From NCBI RefSeq assembly GCF_006345805.1, contig NC_043014.1, positions 48,856,001 to 48,920,000 on the forward strand: a stretch of DNA of 64,000 nucleotides, written 5' to 3'. A program made the translations under genes and the position numbers. Positions 49,545-63,349 of this stretch are shown here, piece by piece (position 1 is the stretch's first letter; the number at the start of each line of letters is the position of its first letter). Origin of the DNA: Octopus sinensis (taxonomy: Eukaryota). The notes beneath the pieces are model-generated. The model ran no database searches, was not told the DNA's origin, and was given only the letters and a program-made list of their open reading frames with translations.

Positions 49545-50640
49545 CGTCCGACGACGGAGTGTTCCTCCACACCAGGGCTGATGGTGGATTGTTCAATCTT
49601 GCGCGCCTCAGAGCTAAGACCGAAGTCCGTCAGGTGCTGATCAAAGAGATCCTCTTTGCTGACGATGCCGCCCTAACATCACACAACCAACCGGGTCTCC
49701 AGAGGCTGGTCAGCTCCCTGGCGGATGCCTGCCAAGAGTTCGGCCTTACCATCAGCCTGAAAAAGACAGAGATCATGGGCCAGGACGTCGGAGGGGTCCC
49801 CAGCATCAGTGTCGGCGACCACAGCTTGCAGGTGGTGAACGAGTTCACTTACCTGGGATCGACGGTCTCCAGCAGCCTGTCCCTCGAGCCGGAGCTGAAC
49901 AGACGGATTGGGAAGGCTGCTGCTGCCATGGCTAAGCTCTCCAGGAGATGTGGGAAAACAACATGCTCACATAACCACCAAGATCGCAGTGTACCGAGCC
50001 TGCGTGCTGAGCACCCTACTCTACGGCAGCGAGAGCTGGACAACATACACTCGGCAGGAATGCCGCCTCAGCGGCTTCCACATGCGATGTCTTCGACGGA
50101 TCCTTGGCATCTCCTGGAAGGACCAAGTACCAAACGGAGTCATCCTGGAACAGACTAATATGCCAAGCATGTATGCCCTCCTCGTGCAGAGACGACTGCG
50201 CTGGCTCGGACATGTCTGCCGCATGCAGGACAGTCGCATGCCTAAAGACATCCTGTACAGCGAACTCACCACGGGATCCCGACCCAAGGGACGTCCACAG
50301 CTACGATACAGGGACGTGTGCAAGCGCGACCTGAGAACTGCCAACATCTGTGTGGACACGTGGGAGGAAACAGCTGCTGACCGCTCTGCCTGGCGTCGGA
50401 CGGTGAGGAAAGGCGTTTCCATGGCTGAGGAGAGGAGAGCACAGCTGTGGTTGGACAGGCAGGACAGGAGGAGGACAACTGCAGCAACACCCCACACGTA
50501 CCCATCGATGTTCGTGTGCAGCAACTGTACCAAGGACTGCCACTCTAGAATTGGACTGTGCAGTCACAGCAGACGCTGCACATCATCAAAGTAGGCCCCA
50601 CCCTTGGCGCAACCCATTGTCTATCAAGACAGATGGGGAT
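49545..50640 (+). mobile_element. 5'-truncated RTE-clade LINE (RT C-terminus), GC-rich, one frameshift
   Basis: LFADDAAL, FTYLGS, LLYGSESW, RRLRWLGHV, C-terminal CxxC..H..H; frameshift near 49950. Confidence 0.9.
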
Positions 50641-51902
50641 AAAAAGTTAAAAAAAAGTATATATACATACATACATACATACATATACACACACACATAT
50701 ATATATATAGACACATGAAAAGTTTCTTTTAGTTTCTTTCTACCAAATCCCTTCAAAAGGTTTTGGTCAACCTGAGGATATTGTAGAGAACACTTGCCCA
50801 AGTTGCCACACAGTGGGATTGAACCCAGAACCATGTATACATTAATATTAATGTTTGTTTGTTTTTATGTTGAGTTATAATAAAAATAATTTTACACAAA
50901 ACTGAAGGATTACTCAATGCATTTTGTAGAGTTGTTGTTGTTCGTTCCTTCTTGAGCCATGCCTGGCTCATAAGGGCCGGTTTTCTGGTTTCATTGGAAT
51001 ATAGGTACCCACCTGGATTGGACACCTGTCTGTCAGAGGTGAGTTGCTTGATGCAGGAGGAAAGAGTGAGAGAAAGTTGTGGCGAAAGAGTCATCAGAAG
51101 TTCGCCATTACCTTCTGCCGGAGCTGCTGTTGTTGTTGTTGTTGTTAAGCAACAAGATGGGTAAGGGTGATTAGGTGATGGTCTAGGGCTTAGGGGCGGG
51201 AGACCCCAGACCTTGAAAAAAAACAAAAAACTTTGGTCGTCTTGTTGTAGTTGAGGGCTCTTCGTTGACACCCGACACCACTGGGAGGTGGCCCTCGAAG
51301 TCGCTGGAAATGGAGATCTCCAGGTCCAAAGTCTTGGACGGCGCCAGAGCTGCTTGGAGCGCTAGGTGTTTTGCTCATAAACACACACAATGTTCGGTCC
51401 GAGATTCGAACCCATGATCCGTTGACTGCGAGTCCACTGCTCTAACCACTAGGCCATGTCCCTCCACTATTTTGTAGTGTACATATGGACTATTCTTGTA
51501 CAAGAAGAGAGCCGACAGTGACTTTGAAGTTTCAGTCTGCTAGCCAAGTGACAGTAATGGTGGTGGTGGTGGAGGAGGAGGAAGAGGAGGAGGTAACGGC
51601 AACAACAGCGGTGATGGTAGTGGTGGTAGCAATGGCAGCAACAGTAGCGGCAGTAAAAAATAAAATGCATTTGAAGAATGCGACAGAACCATCATTACAA
51701 ATCAAAAACACAAGCCAAAATAATCTGAGATTCTAAATCCAAAAGTTTAATGGCATCAAATTTTCAACTGAATTCTTTTTTACAAAAATTTTTTACTTTG
51801 TATATTTTGTGAATTTATTGACAACGAAAATATAAAGGATGAAAATAAAAGACCAACAGAAAAGTAAACTTTATTGGAAATTTAGTTATGGCCCTCAGGT
51901 TA

Positions 51903-52067
51903 TCAGCTATTTAATCTCATCACTCGATCGATCCAGCTTCGGTATTGGGACACACGGGTGAATACACCTGGGGAATTTTCCGGGTGGTCTTTGCTGGTGA
52001 ATGATGCAACGCCAACCTGCATCCAGCCATAGGGGCTCGGACAAACCAGTGGACCTCCGCTGTCACC
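51903..52067 (-). CDS. Serine protease last exon (GDSGGP...)
   Basis: Catalytic Ser motif, TGA stop. Confidence 0.9.
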   Translation of the reverse strand, partial: GDSGGPLVCPSPYGWMQVGVASFTSKDHPENSPGVFTRVSQYRSWIDRVMRLNS

Positions 52068-53515
52068 CTGTCGAATACAGAAATGCATAAATATAAATAC
52101 ACACACAAGTTAACCATGCATGCATAAATAAATTCAGTTCGTTTGTAGAAAACCCCCGAATGAAGGTACATAGAAGAATGTTGCTGGATGCATATTCAAT
52201 TGCACATTTCAAGTGCAGCAGAAACATATGTCGGTCATTGTAACAAATTCTGTTGTATAATTATCTGTTAAAATTTAAAGAAAACTTTGAAAATGTACCA
52301 GTCTCCATATTTTTTGTTATTGTTTTGGATTTCTATATATAGCTTGGGTTTCAGAGGACCACAGCTCTTCAATATCCTTCCTAAATGCCTGAGAGACCTG
52401 CATGGTGTGGATGTGGGTCTCTTTAAAACTAAACTGGATCTCTTCTTGTCAGGGTTCCCAGATGAACCTACCTCTTGGCAGGAAACACAGATGCGGGCAG
52501 CGGCATCGAACTCCCTCCTTGATCAAGTGCCACGTATCAGAGGTTGTTTCACATTATAGTGTAGCTCATTCAACGGTGGCGCCCCAGCATGGCCGCAGCC
52601 TTTGGGCTGAAACATTTTAAAGGATTTAAGGATATACACACATACATACATATATGTATATATCATCATCATCCAGTGTCCATGCTGCCATGGGTTGGAC
52701 AATTTGACTATGGTTGCTAAGCTGAGGGGACACACCAGACCCCAGTCTGATTTCACATGATTTCTATGGCAGAAATTAGGGTCCACAAAACCAGATAGAA
52801 GAACGGTAATTGAAAGATTACAGATTCAAGCCATCAATGGAACTGTAAAAATTTGTAAAACTTTCCAGAAGTTTAGCATTCAAGTATATATGCACATGTC
52901 TAGACATGCAACTATGTGCATGAGAATACATGCATAAAACTAAACATACAAGACTGCACGTGCACTGACTCCATATAATGCACATATATGCACAATCATG
53001 CACAAATAACATATTCTTTTGTTCTTTTATTTGTCTCAGTCATTTGACTGCGGCCAGGCTGGAGCAACACCTTTGGCCGAACAAGTCAACCCCAGGACTT
53101 ATTCATTGGAAGTCTTGTACTTATCCTATAGGTCTCTTATGCTGAGCCGCAAAGTTACAGGGATGTAAACACACCAACATCAGTTATCGAGCGATGGTAG
53201 GGGGACGAACACAGACAAACACACACACACACACACACCACATACACACAACAGGCTTCTTTCAGTTTCCATCTACCAAATCCACTCACATGGTTTTGGT
53301 TGGCTTGAGGCTATAGTAGCAGACATTTACCAAAAGGTGCCATGCAGTGGGACTGAACTCGGAACCATGAGGTTGGTAAGCAAGCTACTTAACACACAGC
53401 CATGCCTGTGCCTTGCTGACTTTTTTGAAATTCCAGTGAAAGATTCTTGGATCTGGGTTAGAAACTGGCTCTTTCTTTATTGGCAAAAAAATCTTGGAAT
53501 AAAAATGAATAAACC

Positions 53516-53594
<79 letters not shown>

Positions 53595-54503
53595 CACAGC
53601 ACAGGTAAGGCTGTATGGTTAGGAAGCTTGCCTCATACCCCCATGGTTTTGAATTCATGGTTCCAGGTTCAGTCCCACTGCATGGCCCCTTGGGCAAGTG
53701 TCTTCTACAATAGCCTTGGACTGAATAAAGCCTTGTGATTGAATTTGGTCAGCAGAAGCTTCTATCACTGGGGTACATGTGTGGGTAAGTGCTTGTGCCT
53801 CCTAACAGAGAGGTGCGAATATATATATCATCATCATCATCCAGTGTTTTAAATCTAGGTTTTGTCCCCATTAACAGGGGTGGCTGGATCTACCTCAATG
53901 CCATAGCAACTGAGGTAGGCAGGTGCAGCCCACCCCAACCTTTGGGCTGGCTGGTGCCCATTCTCCCTTGCTATCATGAGGCTTTATTGGAGCTGGATTT
54001 TCTACAGGGAGCATGCCCTTGCTTACCCCTAACCTCAATTTCTAGACATGAGTGGTCCTGAGACTAAGGCCTCTACCATAATTTGTAAGAAATGTGGTGG
54101 AAAACTAGCTCAGGAAAACAGGGACGCTACTCTCTGGGACCGTTTTGGAGACCCCTACCTATATGTGTGTTTGTATAATATGTATATATATATATGTTGG
54201 CCAATGCCAGCACTGCCTGGTCGGTGCCAGTGCTGCCTTGACTGGATCCTGTGCCAGTGGAACATAAAAAGCACCATCCAATCATGGTCGATGCCAGCCC
54301 CCTCTGGCCCCTGTGCTGGTGGCACAAAAAAAAGTACCCACTGGTTGGCATTAGGAAGGGCGTCCAGCTGTAGAAACATTGCCAGACCACACTGGAGCCT
54401 GGTGCAGGCTCCTGGCTTCCCAGACCCCAGTCAATCCATCCAACCCATGTCAACATGGAAAACGAATGTTAAACGATGATGAGGATGATGATACATATAT
54501 ATA

Positions 54504-54534
<31 letters not shown>

Positions 54535-57500
54535 GCATATTATACAAACACACACACACACATACATATACATTACATATGTATGTATATATCTATGACA
54601 GGGCCTCAGCACAAACAGGAAGACAACAGGTGTGAAGTCAGATACAACAGCCACGACATAGAGAGAAAATAAATGCACAAAGGAGTTTGAATGGTGGGAT
54701 GTGAAGACAAGTGTCAACCGGGGAGAGATGTTGGTAGTCGTGATGTAAACAGGTTGATTGTAGGATAAGGCTGACAGGAAGTCCCAAAGAGTTGATAAGA
54801 CACAGTCTGGTATGTCGAAGAATAGGTTACAGGTGGAAACCTTTTGAGATGATAAGGAAAAGGTGTGCAGATAATAATGATAACAACGATGATGGCGATG
54901 ACGATGATGATGACAACGACAATGGCAAGAATGATGACGATGATGTCATTGATAAGGATGACAATAGTGATGATGATAATGATGGTGGTGAAGATGATGG
55001 TGAGGGTAGTGGTGATGGCAGCGGTGGTGGTGGTGGTGGTAAACGTGAAGATGATGATGGTGGTGGAAGTAGTGGTGGTGGCGGTGGTGGTGATGGATAT
55101 GGTGACGGTGGTAGTGGTGGTTGTGGCAGTGGTAGTGGTAGTGGTGGTGGTGGTGGTTTTGGTGGTGATGACGATGATGATGATGATGGGGATCAAGATG
55201 GTATTATTGATGATGGTGACAATTCTGATGATGATAATGATGATGATGATGATGATGATGATGGTGATGATATCGATAATGATGATGGTGATGATGTTGA
55301 TAATGATGATGGTGATGATGATGACGATGATGAAATATAAACTGAATATTTTTCACTTACCCTACAAATGCCCTTTGCTTTGTTATTGAAACCTGCACAG
55401 ATCTTGTCTGTTGACACCAATCCAAAATATTTAGAACATTCGGTATTGCTCATAATCGGCATCTTTAATTCCTGGGCATGCTTGGTTACGGTTCCGCCTA
55501 AAATGATGACACGACACACAATTAAAATAACCAGTTTTATCGTTAAAGATTTAATCAATTAGTTCAGTCAACAGCATATAGATATAATATTTGTCAACAG
55601 GAGTGGCTGTGTGGTAAGTAGATTGCTTAAAAAGCACATGGTTCTGGGTTCAGTCCCACTGCCTGGCACCTTGGGCAAGTGTTTTCTACTATAGCCTTCA
55701 TTTTCTACAATGCTCTTCCACCTATCTGGTAGACTTGCAAGGCCCCTCTTCCAAAATTCACTTGTCCGTGACCAAAAATACTCCTCCAGAACCGTTCTGA
55801 CTTCATGTAAAGAATTTATATTTTTTCTGTCCAAATGATTTTGAAGATTGTGGAATAAGTGATAATCAAATGGGGCAATGTCTGGGGAATATGGTGGGTG
55901 GGGCATCGTTTCCCATTCAAACAGCACCAACCTTTGGAATATCATCTTTGCTGTATATGGCCAAGCATTATCCTGATGGAAGAACACCTTTCATCTTGAA
56001 ACCAAAGATGGTTGTTTTTTTTCTTCTAGCACTGACTTAAGCCACTTCAGCTGCTCGTAGGAGATCTCCTTTGTTGTTGTTTGGTTTGGGTTTAAAAGTT
56101 CAAATTGGAATAAACCTTTCATATCTCACCAAACAGATAACAACACCTTACATGGGTGAAGACCTTCTTTAGCCTGGGTTGCCAGTGTTTCTCCTTTCCC
56201 TACCTAATGTCTTTGGCACTTGACAATTTCCATAGAGAACCCATTTCTCATCACCAGTCACTATTCAGTCCAAGAAAAGGTTCATTTGTGAGACATAACT
56301 GCAAAGAAGAGAACACATTCACTCTCTGCATGCGATTAGCCTTGGAAAGTTTGTGAGGAACCCACTGACCCAATTTGTTGACTTTTCCGATGGCACACAT
56401 GTGTCAATGAATGGTTGAATGACCAAATCCAAGCTTCTCTGCTAGTTCCTCAACAATTACAATAGGATTTTGTTCCACCAGAATTTGCAGGACATCTTCA
56501 TTGAGCTCTACAGATCTTCCAGGATGAGTCTTGTCTTCCAGGCTGTAGTTTCCGGCTTGGAATTTCTGGAAGCATCAGTGACACTGGCTTACACTTATTG
56601 TCCAATCCTCATATACTGCATTAGTATTTTGCACTTTCTGTTGCATTGTTGCCTTTATTGAACTCAAAGCAAAATATGCTGAATGTGCTCTTTGGTCACT
56701 TTCATTATAGCTTTGAAAAAATAACTGTTAAAATCGAATTGCACTCTTCAAAACTTGCACTAAGAATGAGGACAAGGTAAAATTACTACCTGCTTTTATA
56801 GCAAGCTGATGCAGGTAGTTTATCCCATCCCCTTCCGAATTTTCATGCAACTGAAAAAAAAACATTATTTATGGGATGACCCAATAATGTTGCTGTATAG
56901 CAGTAGTTCTCAACTGGGGTTTTATAAGACCCTTGGGGGCCCATGAAAGATGATGACAACCACGATGACAATGAGAAGCACAGCAACAACAACAACAACC
57001 ATGAGGACAGTGATTACAATCATGATGAGAATGATGATGATGATGATGATGAAAATATTAAATCCTTAAATCCTTAAAAATGCTTTAGCCCGAAGGCCGC
57101 GGCCATGCTGGGGCACCACTGCTGAGAATAACATTTAAAACAAAAACAAGCCTGAACAACACAAAGGTGCTCACCACTCTCAGTACAGCCCCATCCGGAC
57201 ATTATACACATCTTCCCATTCTCTGGAAACTGGCTGTTGCCCTGGTGGGCAAGGCCGACGCTTTTTATTTTCGGGTGGATATGAGTAGGTACAGGGTGGG
57301 CAAGTTTCAACAGTGCAATGTCATCGTGGAAAGCTGAAAAAGAAATGTTTGACAACTTCAGTTAGGTTCATCCTTTCTCCCTCTCTCTCTCTCTCTCCCA
57401 CTCTCCCTCCATCCCTCCCCCTCTCTCTCTTTCCTACCCTCCCTCTCTCTCTTCTTTCTTTCTCTTGTGCTTTCTCTATTTCTCTCTCTCCTTTGTCTCT

Positions 57501-58515
57501 TCATCCCTCTCTTGCTCTCTTTCTCCCTCCCACTCTTCCTCCGTCCTTTCCTCTCTCTCTTTCCCACCCTCCCTCTCTCTCTTCTCTCTTTCTCTTGTGC
57601 TTTCTCTATTTATCTCTCCCTTCTGACTCTTCCTCCCTCTCTTGCTCTCTCTTCCTCTCTGTCTCTCTTGTGCTCTCTCTATTTCACTCTTTCGCCTCTC
57701 TCTCTTTCTTACTCCGTCTCTCTCTCCTCTCTCTTTCTTGCTCTCTCACTCTCTCTGTCTATCTGTCTCTGTATCTCTCTTTCTCTTTCTCTCTCAAGCT
57801 GTGCAGTGAAGTTTTGGATCGGATGCTGTACCTTTATTTTTTTCTAAAATCACAGGGCTCTGTTGTGGAGGGGTTGGCAGCAAACTGATATGACCCTACT
57901 AATACACTCCCTATTTTTAGGCGACTTTAAATAAAAACCTTTGACTCTACAATACTGTATGGTTGTGATGCATGTGCCTGGTGTACCCTTATCAGACGGG
58001 TAGTCATGATGGGTATATTGGGCTTCGTATATTTTACCCCAGTGTCACTTTGATGGCATGAACTGCTCTCTCACTCAATAATAATAATTATAATAATAAT
58101 AATAATAATAATTCATTAAATTGATTCGTTCTTTAATCATTTGTATTTATCATTACAATAAATATCTGTTAATTATCAGATATTTTAGAATTACGGGCAA
58201 AGTTTTAAAAAAATTCTTCATTCGTGAGTGAAGATTGGGGATAGGAAGTAAATGAATCCGTTAGCAGTGCAGGGGAAACAACTGCGACAGGCAGTTAACG
58301 AATGAGTTATGTACCTTTGTAGGATGGAATTCCCGCTTTACGCAACGCCATTATAATAACAGCCGACAATTTTGTAGAACTTTTTATTTGTCTCTCAGTC
58401 ATTCTGTCTGCCTCTGTCTGTCTGTGATTTTTCTCTGGGATTTATGTAACTTCTTTTGCAGAATGCAATTCAGTGACAAAGTTTTCTAATAAAGATATTT
58501 ACAGAGATTTGGAAA

Positions 58516-58567
<52 letters not shown>

Positions 58568-58723
58568 TGTGTGTGTGTGTGTGTGTGTGCGTGCGTGTGT
58601 GTGTGTGCAGTAGCAGGGTTTAAACTCAAACGTTTGAGGAATATTCGACCAAATTCTGAGTTGGTAGTTGTTCAGTTGATCAGAGATATGGGACGCAAAA
58701 CGTGGAGAGAAAGAGGGAGAGAA

Positions 58724-58754
<31 letters not shown>

Positions 58755-58804
58755 GGGAGAGAAAGAGAGAGAGAGAGAGAAAGAGAGAAAGTGTGTGTGT
58801 GTAT

Positions 58805-58838
<34 letters not shown>

Positions 58839-58849
58839 GTGTGTGTGTG

Positions 58850-58885
<36 letters not shown>

Positions 58886-60408
58886 TGTGTGTGTGTGTGT
58901 ATGAGAGAGAGAGACAGACAAACAGGCAGCACTATGTAAGAGTGATCCCTCTTCTCACTGAATTTTATTTCTTTATATTTGTATCTATATTTTCAAACTT
59001 TGTATTTCAAGTTTGTGTGTGTAAAGAAGAAGAACGGAGCAGGGGTGGGGTGATGGTGGTACAGAAGAAGAAGAAGAAGAAGAAGAAGAAAAAAAAAGAA
59101 GAAGAAAAAGAAGAAAAAGAAGAAGAAAAAGAAGAAGAAAAAGAAGAAAAAGAAGAAGAGGAGGGGACGGTGACGACTACGAGGACGAGGAGAAGGAGGA
59201 TGACGAGGAGAAGGAGGAGGATGGGGATAAGGACGAGGATGAGGAGAAGGAGGAGGACGAGGAATAGGAGGAGGCGGAAGAGGTGGACGAGGAGGAAGTG
59301 GAAGAGAAGGAGGAGGAAGAGGTGGACGAGGAAGAGAAGGAGGAGGAAGGGGAGGAGGCGGAAGAGGTGAACGAGGAGGACGGGGAAGGGGAAGAGAAGG
59401 AGGAGGAACAGGAGGAGGAATCAAGAATAGTTACAATAATAATAATCCTTTCTAATATGGGCACAAGGCCTGAAATTTTTGGGAAAAATTTTTGGGTGTT
59501 TCAATTTATCGAGCCCCCCCCCCCCAAAGGATTAAAGGCAAAGTCGACCTAGACGGAATTTGAACTTAGAACATGAAGACAGACAAAATACCTATTTCTT
59601 TATTACCCACAAGGGGCTAAACACAGAGGGGACAAACAAAGACAGACAAAGGGATTAAGTCGATTACATCGATCCCAGTTCGTAACTGGTACTTTATTTA
59701 TCGACCCCGAAAGGATGAAAGGCAAAGTCGACCACGGCGGAATTTGAACTCAGAACGTAACGACAGACGAATTACCGCAAAGCATTTCGCCCGGCATGCT
59801 AACGATCCTGCTAGCTCAACACCTTAATAATAATAATAATGATTACAACAAAAACAGCAGCAGTAGTGAAGGCGCAATGGCCCAGTGGTTAGGGCAGCGG
59901 ACTTGCAGTCGGAGGATCGCGGTTTCGATTCCCAGATTGGGCGTTGTGTGTGTTTATCGAGTGAAAACACCTGAAGCGCCACGAGGCTCCGGCAGAGGGT
60001 GGTAGCGACCCCTGTTGCACTCTTTCGCCCCAACTTTCTCTCACTCTTTCTTCCTGTTTCTTGTCCCCGACTCCCTACGCAACCGCTGAGCCTGGATGCG
60101 CATTCATCCATCCGTCGATGCTCTCAGTGTCGGAGGGTTGACCTGCTCTCTCTTCTGCGGGTCTCACGAATAGCCAAGGACCACGTTTTGGACCGCTCAA
60201 CAGCAGTAGCAGCAATAGAGTTGGTGAATGCAACATTCCCCATTATTATTATTAAAAATATCAAGAATATTACGCAAAATCTAGACTTACCATTGATCTG
60301 AAAGTTGGGATGGATTATAATTTTGGCAACTTTGACATTCCATTGGCGCCATTTCATCTTGCGGAATATTTTACCAACAATATTCATAAATCTCTCCTTT
60401 ATACTTGG
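51903..60408 (-). CDS. S1A chymotrypsin/elastase-like serine protease, 3' part (4 exons; His57 exon lies beyond the right edge)
   Basis: Exons splice in phase to ...KIIIHPNF..DDIALLKL..CIMSGWG..ICAG..GICRGDSGGPLVC..QVGVASF..PGVFTRVSQYRSWI; catalytic Asp102 and Ser195 motifs present. Confidence 0.9.
52340..52620 (+). mobile_element. CR1/L2-group LINE 3' end (related remnants at 24283-24510 and 43050-43380)
   Basis: [13 protein letters not shown]...FKTKLDLFLS..PDEP; absent from the unit-1 homologous site. Confidence 0.7.
54865..55333. repeat. (GAT)/(GGT) trinucleotide low-complexity tract (similar tracts 44740-45110, 59060-59420, 60458-60970, 47470-47755, 33000-33270)
   Basis: Direct observation; not within any modelled exon. 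Confidence 0.9.
55361..55497 (-). CDS. Serine protease exon (ECSKYF...ICAG...GICR)
   Basis: ttttag acceptor, GTAAGT donor. Confidence 0.9.
55697..56884 (-). mobile_element. Mariner (DD34D) transposon, decayed, one end interrupted by a SINE
   Basis: HQDNA...HPPYSPDIAPFDYHLF motifs; terminal TTGGGTCATCCCATAAATAA preceded by TA. Confidence 0.85.
57175..57333 (-). CDS. Serine protease exon (DIALLKL...GWG)
   Basis: tttttcag acceptor, GTGAGC donor. Confidence 0.9.
60291..60408 (-). CDS. Serine protease exon (PSIKERFMNIVGKIFRK...IIIHPNFQIN)
   Basis: ttccatttccag acceptor, GTAAGT donor. Confidence 0.8.
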
Positions 60409-60458
60409 CTGGAAATGGAAGAAAAATATTGTGAGATTTCAGTGTGTGTGTGTATAAA

Positions 60459-60491
<33 letters not shown>

Positions 60492-60700
60492 TATTATTAT
60501 TATTATTATTATATTATTATTATTATTTATTATTATTATTATTATATTATTATTATCATCATTATTATATTATTATTATTTATTATTATTATTATATTAT
60601 TATTATATTATTATTATTATCATTATTATTATTATTAATTATTATTAATTATTATTATTATTATTATTATTATTTATTATTATTATCATTATTATTATTA

Positions 60701-60739
<39 letters not shown>

Positions 60740-61638
60740 TATTATTATTATTATTATTATTATCATCATTATTATCATTATTATTATTATTATTTATTAT
60801 TATTATTATTATATTATCATTATTATTATTATTAATTATTATTAATTATTATTATTATTATTTATTATTATTATTATTTATTGTTATACTATTATTATTA
60901 TTATTATTTATTATTATTATTATTATTATATTATTATTAATATTATTATCATTATTTATTATTATTATTTAGCAGAAGTAACACAGCGACTCAAGGTGCA
61001 AGAGAAGAGTTTGGTGCATTGGCACTTATCAAACTAACATAACCATACCTACACACACACATACACACACGCGCGCGCGCAGAGAAAACCGGTTTCTTCC
61101 AGTTTCTGTCTCCCACAAGGATTTGGTTAGCCCAGAGCCGTAGCAGACGACAGAAAACACTCCAAAGCGCCACTCAGTGGGACTGAACCTAAAACCACGT
61201 ATTCGGTGACCAAGCTCATTAAAACACACAACCATACTTATATGCTTAATGAGATTTAATTAACTGAAAACAGCAAAACTTTATAGAGGCCCTAATCAAG
61301 TAATTAATTTCCTGTTGATAGAGGATCAGCCAAAGGTTCATTTGTTCAACCAATTTAGTTCCTATTTGTGCAAGTAACATATAACCGGCTGAGTATTCCG
61401 TATATGTGAGTACTTAAACAAAATTCTTCAGTCAAATCCGTGTGATAAAGCAGTGTGAGAAAACGGAAAATTTAAATTACATCTACCCCTTCTATCCCAT
61501 TCATCCATTTGTGTATGTGTGTGTGTGTGTGTATGTGTGTGTGTTTACACGGACACTCGTGTATGTATGTATGCGTCCTCCCGGTGTGAGGAGACAGTTA
61601 CCTCCCTTTAAATAAATATTCCTTTCGGCACTGTCATG

Positions 61639-61702
<64 letters not shown>

Positions 61703-61713
61703 GTATATATATA

Positions 61714-62212
61714 TCTATATATATAAAACTCTAGTTGTGTGAGTCTGTCCCCTTCGATTTAGATTCCTAACTCCTCCCACATTTTGCGGTGCAGTTTAAC
61801 CAAATTCGGGTATCTTATAGTCGTGATTCCTATCGAGCCCGTCTGACTATTAGCGCGCGTCAACGATGAGTCTACGATTTTAAAAATAATTTAACATCAT
61901 TTTTTATTCCATTTTAATGCATAAAATGCATCGTGTGTCGATGGCGGCGGAGTTGGCGTCCACGCTCACAGCTGCACCTGTTTGCTTCTCCCCCTTCCCT
62001 CCCTCGTGAAGCTGTGGGGAAGGGAGTGTAAAGAAATCAACGTCGTAATGCGTTGTGAAGGAAACCACGTTCTTTAGAACAACGACTTCATGGCTTGAAG
62101 ACACCAAAACAAAAATGGCTAAGAAAGCCCGAATTTATAGGGAAGTAACTCTCTAAAAATGCTTATATAGTTATTTCCCTTACAAACCCGAGCAACGCCG
62201 GGCGATACCTAT

Positions 62213-62214
<2 letters not shown>
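61714..62214 (+). mobile_element. Non-autonomous Helitron-like element, longer copy
   Basis: 5' TC, 3' CCCGAGCAACGCCGGG hairpin, in (TA)n. Confidence 0.6.
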
Positions 62215-62253
<39 letters not shown>

Positions 62254-62516
62254 CACGTAAAAAGCGCCAACCGATCGTGGCCGTCTCCAGCCTCCTCTGG
62301 CCCCTGTGCCAGTGACACATAAAAAGCATCCATTACAGCACAGAGTGGTTGGCGTTAGGAAGGGCATCCAGCTGTAGAAACACTGCTAGATCAAAATTGG
62401 AGCCTGGTGCAGCCTCTTGGTTTCCCCAGACCCCAGTCGAATGTTCCTGCCCATGCTAGCATGGAAAACGGACATTAAACTATGATGATGATGATATATA
62501 TATATATATGTATGTT

Positions 62517-62559
<43 letters not shown>

Positions 62560-63317
62560 TATAATATATATATAATATATATATATATCTATATATATAC
62601 CTTTGTGTGATATGAGACCCAACCTTCTATGATTGTATGTCAGGTAATTTTGCGACATACAGTTGTATATCTTCAAATTCCATGTTCAAATCCTGTTGAG
62701 ATTGAATTTGCCTTTCATCTTTCCAGGGTCCACAAAGCAAAATACCAGTAATATATTAGGGCCAATTAGAATACCAGTAATACACTGGGACCAATTAAAC
62801 TGATTTGTTTATTTTTTTTGTGTCAGCTTGGTTGCAGTGCAGAGCTGTAAATTCCTCCCTAGACAGAAGTGGCGGGAGGGGAGCTGCAGGACTCAACATG
62901 AAACCACACTTAGTGTATTTTGTCCCCCTTTGTCAGTCGGTACCCCGGGTACTACCCCACACATACCCAAAAGGAAGCAGTAGGGTGGGGGGTGGTGATG
63001 GTAGTGGTTGTGGTGTGCAGGTAGGGGATATTAGGTTTAAAGCGACATAGTTTAGTTTCAGCATTAAGTCTATTCCGATGGGGACGGGGTTAGAATTTTG
63101 TGTGGGGTGGGGGGGTGGAGAGAAGCCAGTTCTTGTCTTTGTTTGTTTTGTGTTATGAAAACAAATATTTGTAAAGGAGAAACTTGATGTTCAAAAGTTG
63201 AGAGAAGATCTCAGAGTGCAACGGGGTGGGGGGGAGAATTCAAAACAACTTTTAGTGTTTACATCTGACATAGTTTACATCGGGGACGGTGTGTGCATGT
63301 GTGTTGTACATGCATGC

Positions 63318-63349
<32 letters not shown>

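Larger units (their letters stand above)
33291..52753 (+). repeat. Segmental tandem duplication, unit 2
   Basis: Colinear homology to 13304-31948. Confidence 0.85.

Noticed and set aside
54714-55389. Asp/Gly-rich, poly-Val or poly-Thr ORFs (also 44734-45201, 58885-59552)
   Set aside because: Trinucleotide low-complexity tracts inside introns, open in several frames
59866-59945. tRNA gene-like sequence (also other SINE heads)
   Set aside because: A/B boxes continue into SINE bodies; no complete cloverleaf or terminator
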